From a virus (taxonomy: Duplodnaviria > Caudoviricetes), in the IMG/VR virus record IMGVR_UViG_3300031857_000216, positions 1 through 57,795 of that record: DNA of 57,795 bases. One strand, given 5' to 3'. The notes under the pieces are model-generated. The model was given only the letters and a program-made list of their open reading frames with translations. It was not told the DNA's origin and made no database searches. This document shows positions 18,794-27,482 of the stretch, piece by piece. The translations under genes were made by a program, and so were the position numbers. Numbering within the stretch: the stretch's first letter is position 1; each line of letters starts with the position of its first letter.

Positions 18794-19666
18794 TTAGATT
18801 GCCGCGCTTAGGTCTACCCTAACCGCAATGTGGATCGATGTATCAAAGTAAACTGCCGCGGGGCGGATTGCCTTGAGGCGCATGTCATTCTGGTTACCAT
18901 CTACGTCATACGCCTGGGACAGGTTGTCGTTGACCACGTCGATCTCGCCGACGTAGGTCTTCACGGCGCCTGTACCATACATCCACTTATTGGTGTCAGA
19001 AGCCGTGGCTCCAGTTGCACCCGTGGGTCCTGTGCCGGAATATCCGGTGCCAATCACAATCGGAGTTCCACTTACGGTTTGAAGGTGGTTTTCCTTGTGA
19101 AAGATCATGTAGCTGCTGGAGAGCAGCGCGGCAGTGTCGCGTGTCATGTGAATGACTCCCTGCTCTCCGCAGGGCGATGCCTCGCCGATCTTGTAGTCAA
19201 GAAGCGCGAGCGCCCGCGCGGCGTTTAGCGCCGTGCCGCTGTTGAGCACGGTTGCAGTGGAGTTTGAAAGAGCCAGGTTGGGGTGAGTCTCACCCTTACG
19301 GATCGCGCCGTCCCAAAGCTCCTGCTCGACGGCCTTCTGAGTTACTCCCTCAAGTTGAAGCTTGATGCGCTCGATGCGATCGAGGCCAAGAAAGCTGAAG
19401 GTTGAGATAACCTCCTCGAGCTCGACGAAGAACGGGTCGATCTCGGTGTAGTAGGTGGGAGTCGCGTTTGACGCGACTGTGTCCGACGTTGTGTCGGTGG
19501 CGTCCCAGTTGGTAGCGGCGTACAGGTCGGTCGCCCACTCTTGCGCAAAGCCGCGAATCCAACGATCCTCGTTGGATGAATCCTCCGGCTTGGCAACTGA
19601 GAATAGGCCGTAGTCGGCAGGAACAATCTTCAGGGCCTCGACTACGCCGTTCTTTGGAAAAGCCAT
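18794..19666 (-). CDS. second capsid-like protein (candidate pentamer protein as in cluster B mycobacteriophages)
   Basis: Directly follows the major capsid gene; YGLFSVA, AVEQELWDG, GVIH and GTP.V.G.GY motifs. Confidence 0.6.
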   Translation of the reverse strand: MAFPKNGVVEALKIVPADYGLFSVAKPEDSSNEDRWIRGFAQEWATDLYAATNWDATDTTSDTVASNATPTYYTEIDPFFVELEEVISTFSFLGLDRIERIKLQLEGVTQKAVEQELWDGAIRKGETHPNLALSNSTATVLNSGTALNAARALALLDYKIGEASPCGEQGVIHMTRDTAALLSSSYMIFHKENHLQTVSGTPIVIGTGYSGTGPTGATGATASDTNKWMYGTGAVKTYVGEIDVVNDNLSQAYDVDGNQNDMRLKAIRPAAVYFDTSIHIAVRVDLSAAI

Positions 19667-19700
19667 TTGATGAATCCTTAAAATCTTAATACCATCCGAG

Positions 19701-19737
19701 TTGCTCCTCCGAGGTCCGAAGACCCCGGAGGAGCGAA
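19701..19737 (-). terminator. GC-rich hairpin with cUUCGg tetraloop downstream of the major capsid gene
   Basis: GCUCCUCCGGGGUC-UUCG-GACCUCGGAGGAGC on the minus strand. Confidence 0.75.
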
Positions 19738-19760
19738 CTCATTGGACGATGCTACTGGGA

Positions 19761-21614
19761 TCAGTACTCGATCGCCGCAGCGGTGGCAGCGCCGGTCGTG
19801 TCGCGGAGGGCCGCGGCGACACCGTTGACCGAGATGGTCGAGGTGACGGCGAGCGACTCCACGCCAACCTTGGCGACGCCCTCGAAGGTCTCAACGAACA
19901 TCTTGTAGTCGTTGGTGCCGACGAGTGTCGAGTCACGGATGATACCGAGGTCGAGTGTACCACCGTCGAGGAACAGGAATGTACCCTCGGCGAAGATGTA
20001 CCACGTGAACGTGTCGGGGAACTCGTTCATCGCACCAACGCTCTGCGAACCGAAGACGTCGAGGTCGTGCGAGAACGTGATGTTCACGCCACGAGCCGCG
20101 AGGTAGCCCTCGATCTCAGCATCGGAAGCGGCGATGGTCCCGTCACCAGGCATTGCCAGCGCAAGGTCGGCACGCATCGCGTCCTTCATCCAGGCCGGAG
20201 CGATGACTCGCAGCGGCATGGAGGGGTCGAGACGGTGACGGTTGCGGTAGGCAGCGCCGGCGCGACCGACCTGCACGAGGAAGTCACGAGCAACGCCGAT
20301 GAGGCTGGTGCTTGTGATTTCAATCGAGCCGGCGGTGAGCTTGCTGGCGAGGTACTGCTCGGCCTCACGGGCGTGCTGGATCAGAGCGAGCTCGTTGTGA
20401 CGGGCGATGAGCTCTGGGTAGGCACGGGTCATGAGGTTACCGAACTGCAGCTGCAGTGTCACGGCGTCGGTGGCGACGGTGAGCTCTGTAGCGGCGCTTA
20501 CGGTAAGGCTGGACTTGACGTCGGTACCAGGGCTGGTGTCGGTCGCGTTCGTCCAGACACCAACGGCGTTTCCATAGCTGGAAAGCACCGGGGGCTGGAT
20601 GTAACGGATACCGCCACGGTCGGCCTGGAAGCGGACGAGTGCGTCACGGATCGGACGATCGGTCGAGCCGAACCCGAAGATGTCATACTTGACCTCGAAC
20701 GGGGTGCTGTGACCACCCGACGCGATAATCGCCTGGGGATCAACGACTGCGTTGATCTTGGCGACGTTCGAGTCGGTATCCTGGTTGAGGACGCGAGCCT
20801 CGGGGTACTTGGTTGTGATGGACGCAACGATGTGCTGCTCGCCATCTCCACCCTTGACACGGCGCAGGCCGTGCAGACGGGATTCCATGGCGCGAGCGAT
20901 CTCGCTGTAGTCCGCCATCACGCCACCCGCTGTGTACCCAGGGATGTCGGCACCCGCGGTGATTGTCACCGGGGCAGCCTCGCGAACCTGGATGTTCGGG
21001 CGACGGTCAGCGGGGGCCTGGACTTCTACGTCGTCCATGCCCTCTTCGTGTGCGGCGGCAGTCATTGATGCCTCCTGACCTTCCTGCTCCACTTCTGGAG
21101 CGTCTGTGATTTCTTGTGTGCTTGCTTCAGCGGCAGGCTCGGTCTCGACGGCTGCTGTTTCCTCAGAAACGGCGGCCTCGGCCTCCTCAACTACCTCGGC
21201 GGTTGTTGTCGTGGTTGAAAGTTCGGACTCTTCCTCAGTGGCTGTAGATGCCTCCATCATGGGGGCCTTGTACTCCTCTTCGTCGTCATCGGACTCAGCC
21301 GGGGCCTCAGCCTCGATCTCGACCTCAACGGCGGGAGCTTCCTCCATGACTTCCTCTTCCTCATCGCCCTTGACGCGCATGGCGGCTTCGGCGGCGCGGG
21401 CAGTAAGCTCTTCAGCCTGTGCCTCGCGACGCTTTACCTCGCCACGCACGGTGTCGAGCATATCAGCAAGAGTGGTCATAGCATCTACTGTCTCTGGGGT
21501 TGGATCCATACCCTCAACCGTTTCAAACTCGGCAACGATCGATGCCTGAAGCTCGGCGACTTGTTCGTCGCCGAGATCAGCAATCGTGTCGAGCATTTGC
21601 TTGATACGGTCCAC
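19761..21614 (-). CDS. major capsid protein (hexamer) with N-terminal scaffold/acidic domain
   Basis: GTG 21614 with GGAGG RBS. Coiled-coil and acidic N-terminus, then ASGG..P....YD, RGGIRY, QFGN...R.YPE and TLDLGIIRDSTL...NDY..F.E.FEG. Confidence 0.85.
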   Translation of the reverse strand: MDRIKQMLDTIADLGDEQVAELQASIVAEFETVEGMDPTPETVDAMTTLADMLDTVRGEVKRREAQAEELTARAAEAAMRVKGDEEEEVMEEAPAVEVEIEAEAPAESDDDEEEYKAPMMEASTATEEESELSTTTTTAEVVEEAEAAVSEETAAVETEPAAEASTQEITDAPEVEQEGQEASMTAAAHEEGMDDVEVQAPADRRPNIQVREAAPVTITAGADIPGYTAGGVMADYSEIARAMESRLHGLRRVKGGDGEQHIVASITTKYPEARVLNQDTDSNVAKINAVVDPQAIIASGGHSTPFEVKYDIFGFGSTDRPIRDALVRFQADRGGIRYIQPPVLSSYGNAVGVWTNATDTSPGTDVKSSLTVSAATELTVATDAVTLQLQFGNLMTRAYPELIARHNELALIQHAREAEQYLASKLTAGSIEITSTSLIGVARDFLVQVGRAGAAYRNRHRLDPSMPLRVIAPAWMKDAMRADLALAMPGDGTIAASDAEIEGYLAARGVNITFSHDLDVFGSQSVGAMNEFPDTFTWYIFAEGTFLFLDGGTLDLGIIRDSTLVGTNDYKMFVETFEGVAKVGVESLAVTSTISVNGVAAALRDTTGAATAAAIEY

Positions 21615-21739
21615 TGTCCCTCCTAGGGCCAGCTCATGATGAGTCTCTTTTTGACTCATCTCGGGTTTCTGTCCAAGGAAAGGGACTCACGCGCGAAAGG
21701 CGGAGGCACTTGCCTAGGTCTCATAATACCAAGGTACGA

Positions 21740-22303
21740 CTACGTCAATAGTCGCAGCATGGTGCTCATTTCCGACGAGACCTCGCTCTGCGAGTATACA
21801 TCTCCGCCGGACATGAAGCTCTTAAGGTTCTTGGTGGCGACGTCGGCGTCTTCCTTGCCGATCTTCTTCTCCACCCGGTCAATCATGTCCTCCATCATGT
21901 CCTTGAGTACGGGTGGCAGGTCGCTGTAGCGAACCTTGGCACCCGGCTCCATGAACGGTAGAGGCAGGTTTGAGATCAGCGAACCTAGCGCGGCGGCGGA
22001 AGTCCTAATGTTTTCCAGGGCTTCTGGGTTCAGTCCACCAGAGTCAAGGCGGTCGATCACGGATAGGAGATCAGCGGCGGCCGCCACGGCGGCCGAGTAG
22101 TTACCGGCGTTGTCCAGGTTCTCTGCCTCCTCGACCTTCTCCACGACGTTCTGAAGGCCGGACGTGCCGAGGTCCTGCTTGAGGCGGGCCAGAACCGTAC
22201 GGAACTTGCCCTTGATGTCACGGGGCTGATTCTTACCGGACACATAGATGCCTGGTTGACGCGCAGCGGTAACTGCTTCTAGATTTCCGCTATTCTGTGC
22301 CAT
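21740..22303 (-). CDS. hypothetical head-module protein with QPRDxxGKF motif
   Basis: 187-aa ORF between the protease and capsid genes. Confidence 0.75.
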   Translation of the reverse strand: MAQNSGNLEAVTAARQPGIYVSGKNQPRDIKGKFRTVLARLKQDLGTSGLQNVVEKVEEAENLDNAGNYSAAVAAAADLLSVIDRLDSGGLNPEALENIRTSAAALGSLISNLPLPFMEPGAKVRYSDLPPVLKDMMEDMIDRVEKKIGKEDADVATKNLKSFMSGGDVYSQSEVSSEMSTMLRLLT

Positions 22304-22311
22304 GTTGCCTC

Positions 22312-25300
22312 TCAGGTCTCGGGCTGGTCATCCTGCGCGAGTCGCGCCTTGGCGGAGGCCACTCGGGCGCTGATGTCTGCGACGTCCTCGTCGATCGCCG
22401 CGGCGGCCTTCCACTGCTCGGGGATAAGCTCGGACTTGCCGAGGGCCCGGGCCCGCTTCATGATGTGGCGGCGAACCTGGGCGCGCTTGCTCTTCTTCGA
22501 GCGACCGTATGCCTGGATTGCGTTCTTGAGATCCTCAACGTTGCGGATCGGGTACGAGCCATCGGGGAGGGCCTTGCCCTCCTTGGCAAGCCTGTCGCGA
22601 ACCCGCATCGAGATCGCACCAAGCTCGGCCTCGGCGCGGGCCGATGCAACTCGAGCGGATAGGTCAATGTCGAGATCAACTATCTCGATGTGCTTCTCCG
22701 TCTTGAGAGCCTCGAACTTGGCCCTGGCCTCGGCGGCCCTGGTGGAAAGCTCGGCCTTGTCATCGGCGTCAACCGACGCGTTCGCCGCGTTCTCGAGAGC
22801 CTCGATGCGGGCGGCAAGCTCGGTCACCGGGTCGGACTTCATCTTCGCAAGAACACGGGCTCCGGCGGCGACGAGCGCGTACACCTGGCCGGATGCAACG
22901 CGGGCGCGTGCGATCGGGAACCCGGGAACGTTTACCTGGCAGACCGCGACGAGCTCAAGCGCGCCGTTGATCGGGCGCCAGTCGCCGGACGGCGCCGACG
23001 CGCGAAGCGCGCGGACCTGCTCAGGAGTGGCAGACGGGCGAAGTGCACCGGCGACCCAGATGCCGTAGGCGTCCTCACCAGCGTGAACATCGGCGATGGC
23101 CGAACCGGTGTCGTCGTAGTGCTTCGCGGCGTCGACGGCGCTCGCCTCGAGCGAGGCGTGGCCGCCGGCAAGCGTAAGCTGGCCAACGGGATAGTCCTTG
23201 CCGTCATCGGCGCGAACCACTCCTGTGTGGAAGTACGAGTACTTGCTCTTGCTCCGCGGTGGGCGGGTGCCGTACGACATTCCGATGTGGTTGGTGTTCC
23301 ACGCAGCGATGTGACCAAACACGCGGCCGGCATCGTCAACGGTCAGCGGGGTTGCTCCGCTGAGCTTGGGATTCGAGAACCAGGTAGCTGGCGGCACGGT
23401 CGGGATCGACCCTGCAACCGCTCCGCATGCGACGATCGCATTCGCCTCGGTCTCGTCCACGTCTTCGGCGTAAACGCCGTCGGGGATGCTGTTCATCTTG
23501 TCCTCCTGGCTTTCGCCTACGGTAGTGTTCTCGTCTAGATAGATTCTGCATTCCTGGAACGCAGGCTTCGGTACAATTGTAACTGCCATCACTCTGGCGT
23601 GATCGATGACGATCTTGTCACCGCCGATCTTCTTGGTCTTCTTCTTGCCCTTGGCTGCGGCGTCCTCGTCGTCCGCCTCGGACTCGCTGGCCTCAAACCT
23701 GTCGAGGTCAGCAGACACGCCGCGGACGAAGCCCTCACGCACCATGCGCTCGACCTCCTGGCCGTAGGAGCTGCTGTCGAAGACACCGTAGGCATTTCCA
23801 ATGCCCTCCTCGGTGCGCTCCATTCCGTCGATGCGCCCAACGACTACCGAGCCGTTGTGCCCGTCGGCGGTGTGAATCTGCCATAGAAGCGGAAGTGGGA
23901 GCTCGCGGATCTCAATCGAGCCTTTCTTAAAGATGCGGCCGTCGCCAGACTCGGCGTCCTCGGGAATGACGAGCGGTATCGTGAACCGAGCGCCGTCCTT
24001 CTTCTCGATCATCTCGAGCTCGATGCCAGCGGCAGCCGTGAGAACTCGAGCACGAGCGTCGGCGATCCGAGCGCGGGTATAGACGTACCTGACGACGTCC
24101 TCCTCGGATGGAACGTAGAGTTCCTCGAAGAATCCGCCGCCGCGGACTCCCTTTCTCTTCCTGCCAATGTTGAACTTGCTGCCGGGCCACACGCCAGTCG
24201 CCTCCTTGTGGCGAAGCGAGCAGTAGCCTTTGGCGCGGATTCCCATGTACTTGCGAAGCTGACGGTAGCAGCGCGTCCAGTCGCCAGGCGTGTTCCAGCG
24301 AATCTTAAGCGCGCCCTTGCCGTACAGCCAGTAGCGACGAAGCTTCTCGGCGCCACCGCGGTTGCGGTCTAGCCCGCCCTCACCAACGGCGACTACGGCG
24401 CCCGACGCCGTGACGCCATCGATCTGCGCCAGCGTGTCCTGAAGATCTGCACCAGACAGAGGGACAACGGGAGGTGGAGTCGGCGACGTGAGGTCCGCGA
24501 GGATCTGGTCATCGCGCACCCACTTCTTGTCGACGCGCTTGTACGTCGCCGGAGTCGTTGACTTCGCGCTCGCAGGCACGATTGCGACGAGATCAAAGAC
24601 GGCGCGTGGATCCTCGGGCGAGACGATCGCCATATACATCGGCTGGACGTCGGATGTCTCCGGAGTCATCGGCTCGTCGTCGGTCACCGTTGCGGCCGAG
24701 ATCATCGGGTTGTAGTACAGGTTATAGATCGGCTTCTTCTTGAAGAGCTTCGAGTAGAGCGGGTGCTCACGAAGATCTACGAAGTCCTCCTCAAACTGAA
24801 CGCCAGAGCGGCGCTCGAGGTCGCGGACAAACGCTTGACGTGAGGCACGTGCGTCGGCATCGGTTGGGACAGGGCGACGCGGCGACGGTGCCTGCTGCCT
24901 CTCGCGCTGACTCTTTACCCACGCGGGGAAGTCGCCGATGACCTGCTGAAGTTGGTCGGGTGTTAGCGCAGGCAGACCTTCGGGAAGCGTCGCGTTCGGG
25001 CGATCAATCGGTGCCCTTGGTTGACCAAGAATACCGCTTGTGTCGAGCCTCGAGTCCTCGGACGGCACCTCCATCGTCTGAGGCGCCATGTCCTCGGCCT
25101 TGGTGGTGTCCTTTGCCGGAACCTCGGTCTCGCTGCCGTCGTCAAACCTTACGCGAACGGACTGTGTATCGGGGTTGATTCCGACGATGTTGCCCTGGCG
25201 GTTTTGGCTGTTGACGGATACACGCGATCCCATCGCGGCGAACTTGCCCGTGGCGTCGCGGACCTGCTTGCGCGCCTTCTGCGAACGCTCCTCGGGAGTG

Positions 25301-26352
25301 TACTCGCCGTCGCCCTGCCCCTGCTTGGGCGCCTCGGCGGCCGAGACAACTGCGTCAATCGTTTCCCAGTCCATGTCGTCGGCCGCGGCAGCGACGAGCA
25401 TGGCCTCGTCCTCGTTGAGGTCAAACACGGTGACGGGGTCGAAGGGCCTCTGCTGAAGATGCGCCGAAAGAATAAGAGCCGAGTCGCTGTCGATGAAGAT
25501 ATGCGACTTCTCAACGAGGTCGTCATCGTCGTCAATGGCAAGATCGAGGGAGTAGACGTCGGCATCTACGAGCCCAAGATCGTCCCACGAGCCGCCGTCC
25601 CAAACGCGAACGTCTCCAAGCTCGTCAATCATGTAGAGGCGATCGATGCCACTTTCATCCATGCGAACGCGCGCAACAAACTCACGGACGGGCTCACCAT
25701 CGATCTCGTCGTTGGAGAACGCGTCAACGTCGGCGTCGTAGCGAGTGGCGGTCTCGTACTCGTAGGACTCGTCGTCTGAGGAAACGATGAATCCGCCGGC
25801 GATCGTGCCTTTCTTTCGCTCGCGCTCGACAATCGCCTGTGACCAGCGCCACGCGGCGTCTCCGCCCCAAAGCGCCCACGCGATGCGACCGTTGGACGGG
25901 AAGTTGTCCTCGCCCGGGTCCCAACCCTTCGCCTTCTTGTCAACCTCATGGCGTGGGAAGTACTTGGCGACGTGGCGAACCTTCCTAAGGCCGATCTGCC
26001 CACCGTTGGCGAGAATGCGCGCCGTGTTGAGACCGACGGGAGTTCCGCCGCGGCGATGCTCCTTGCGCCACTCAAGCGCCTTCTTAGCCTCCTCCTGCAC
26101 ACCCTTGGGAATGGTGTACATGCGCCCGGAGGCAACGACAACCTGAACACGAAGATCAGCGAGGGCGCCCGTGGCAAGATCGTAGTAGACTTGATCTACG
26201 TTTACATCTGCTTTAGACCAGACCTGTGCGGAGGCCAGAACCGCCAGCTCTCCGATATTCTCAACCATGTTGGTGGAGCGGTCAATAACGACGGCACTGG
26301 TGCCATCGGTAAAAAGCAGGTGGTTGGCTGATTGGCCAAAAAGCTTAGTCAT
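22312..26352 (-). CDS. multidomain prohead (capsid maturation) protease polyprotein
   Basis: Protease region ESGDGR.F, LPLPLLWQ, H.GSVVVGRID, RGVSADLD and VPKPAFQE. Second domain with GHIAAW, HYD.TG, SGDWR, VNVPGFP. Several other small domains; C-terminal ALPDGSYPI. Confidence 0.8.
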   Translation of the reverse strand: MTKLFGQSANHLLFTDGTSAVVIDRSTNMVENIGELAVLASAQVWSKADVNVDQVYYDLATGALADLRVQVVVASGRMYTIPKGVQEEAKKALEWRKEHRRGGTPVGLNTARILANGGQIGLRKVRHVAKYFPRHEVDKKAKGWDPGEDNFPSNGRIAWALWGGDAAWRWSQAIVERERKKGTIAGGFIVSSDDESYEYETATRYDADVDAFSNDEIDGEPVREFVARVRMDESGIDRLYMIDELGDVRVWDGGSWDDLGLVDADVYSLDLAIDDDDDLVEKSHIFIDSDSALILSAHLQQRPFDPVTVFDLNEDEAMLVAAAADDMDWETIDAVVSAAEAPKQGQGDGEYTPEERSQKARKQVRDATGKFAAMGSRVSVNSQNRQGNIVGINPDTQSVRVRFDDGSETEVPAKDTTKAEDMAPQTMEVPSEDSRLDTSGILGQPRAPIDRPNATLPEGLPALTPDQLQQVIGDFPAWVKSQRERQQAPSPRRPVPTDADARASRQAFVRDLERRSGVQFEEDFVDLREHPLYSKLFKKKPIYNLYYNPMISAATVTDDEPMTPETSDVQPMYMAIVSPEDPRAVFDLVAIVPASAKSTTPATYKRVDKKWVRDDQILADLTSPTPPPVVPLSGADLQDTLAQIDGVTASGAVVAVGEGGLDRNRGGAEKLRRYWLYGKGALKIRWNTPGDWTRCYRQLRKYMGIRAKGYCSLRHKEATGVWPGSKFNIGRKRKGVRGGGFFEELYVPSEEDVVRYVYTRARIADARARVLTAAAGIELEMIEKKDGARFTIPLVIPEDAESGDGRIFKKGSIEIRELPLPLLWQIHTADGHNGSVVVGRIDGMERTEEGIGNAYGVFDSSSYGQEVERMVREGFVRGVSADLDRFEASESEADDEDAAAKGKKKTKKIGGDKIVIDHARVMAVTIVPKPAFQECRIYLDENTTVGESQEDKMNSIPDGVYAEDVDETEANAIVACGAVAGSIPTVPPATWFSNPKLSGATPLTVDDAGRVFGHIAAWNTNHIGMSYGTRPPRSKSKYSYFHTGVVRADDGKDYPVGQLTLAGGHASLEASAVDAAKHYDDTGSAIADVHAGEDAYGIWVAGALRPSATPEQVRALRASAPSGDWRPINGALELVAVCQVNVPGFPIARARVASGQVYALVAAGARVLAKMKSDPVTELAARIEALENAANASVDADDKAELSTRAAEARAKFEALKTEKHIEIVDLDIDLSARVASARAEAELGAISMRVRDRLAKEGKALPDGSYPIRNVEDLKNAIQAYGRSKKSKRAQVRRHIMKRARALGKSELIPEQWKAAAAIDEDVADISARVASAKARLAQDDQPET

Positions 26353-26370
26353 CTCGTTAGCACCTCGAGC

Positions 26371-27066
26371 TTACTTTATATCATCTGTGACGGGGCCACC
26401 ACCGACCCATGCGCGGCAGGTACGGGCAGACGCGCACTTGAAGTCGAAGGCCTCGCAGTACCCAAGCTCCCCGGCCTCATCGATGAGGTCGAATTCGTCC
26501 GCACGCGATTCATCGACGAGACCACCCTTGATGCAGTCCTTCATCTGAGGGCTGATGATGAATACCGCGCAGTTACCGCAGCGCTGCCTCTTTGCCTGCT
26601 CAACCGGGACCGACCACTCGTCGGCAAGCTTCTTCCAGTATCCGCGGTTCGCCTCGGCGGGGTTGAATGGCCCGTACATCGCCGTGTCAATTGCATTCTT
26701 GCGGTTCTTCAGGTTTAGGGCAATGTCCTTGGTTGCGGGCGGGCACTCAAACGCCGCGGCGGTTACGGCCTTGCGACCGCCAATCTTCATCTTGCGGTCG
26801 TTGCTCTCGGCCTCGTCATACTCGGCGATTGCGTCGATGTCAACGTCCACGTTGTAGAAGTCGGGGTCGTCTACCTCGTCAAAGAACTGCTCGGTGACGG
26901 GGAACCAGGCCTTGTTGTCGCGGATGTAGGTACTGCCCTTGTCGGCGCTACCGTATACCAGGTACTCGACCTCACCGGTGCCCCGGTTGATGATCGCATA
27001 CATGTCATCGTCCTCGGCCTTTGCCTCGGGCCACTGCCTCGGCGCCTTGAGTGGATTTTCAGCCAT
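26371..27066 (-). CDS. Cys-rich phage head-module protein
   Basis: CPPAT.D...NL.NR, YGP.NP, CGNCA.F and GYC..F.FKCA..RTC.AW..GGP. Start ATG 27066. Confidence 0.75.
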   Translation of the reverse strand: MAENPLKAPRQWPEAKAEDDDMYAIINRGTGEVEYLVYGSADKGSTYIRDNKAWFPVTEQFFDEVDDPDFYNVDVDIDAIAEYDEAESNDRKMKIGGRKAVTAAAFECPPATKDIALNLKNRKNAIDTAMYGPFNPAEANRGYWKKLADEWSVPVEQAKRQRCGNCAVFIISPQMKDCIKGGLVDESRADEFDLIDEAGELGYCEAFDFKCASARTCRAWVGGGPVTDDIK

Positions 27067-27073
27067 AACCGTC

Positions 27074-27463
27074 CTAGTCGCTTCCCTTGAGTACAGACCA
27101 ATCAAAGCCGATGATCCAGTCAGAGTCGGATTCCTCGACGGGTCTTATTCTATACTGTATCCCACCGCTCGAGAACGTTGCAATGCCTTGATCATCAATA
27201 AACACGAGCATCGTGTCCTCGTCGAGTCTGTACGACCGCATGATCCCGTCCGTCGCCACCGACACCATCTCGACCCTCTCGTCTCCAAGGTAGTGAACCT
27301 CTGTGAAGAGTCGATAGATGAGACGACCTAGGCCGGAGGTTGGGCCCTCAAGAGCCTCAAGTACGGCGTAGCCGCCAATGAGGTTTGTTCTCCTAATCCG
27401 GTCCTCTAGGGTGGGGGGCTGGAGTCTTCTCTTGCTTTTACTTTTCTCTGTCATTGTAGTCAA
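27074..27463 (-). CDS. hypothetical protein
   Basis: Clean ORF with TATAAT upstream at 27474-27479. Confidence 0.65.
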   Translation of the reverse strand: MTTMTEKSKSKRRLQPPTLEDRIRRTNLIGGYAVLEALEGPTSGLGRLIYRLFTEVHYLGDERVEMVSVATDGIMRSYRLDEDTMLVFIDDQGIATFSSGGIQYRIRPVEESDSDWIIGFDWSVLKGSD

Positions 27464-27482
27464 CCTTCACGCTATTATATCG

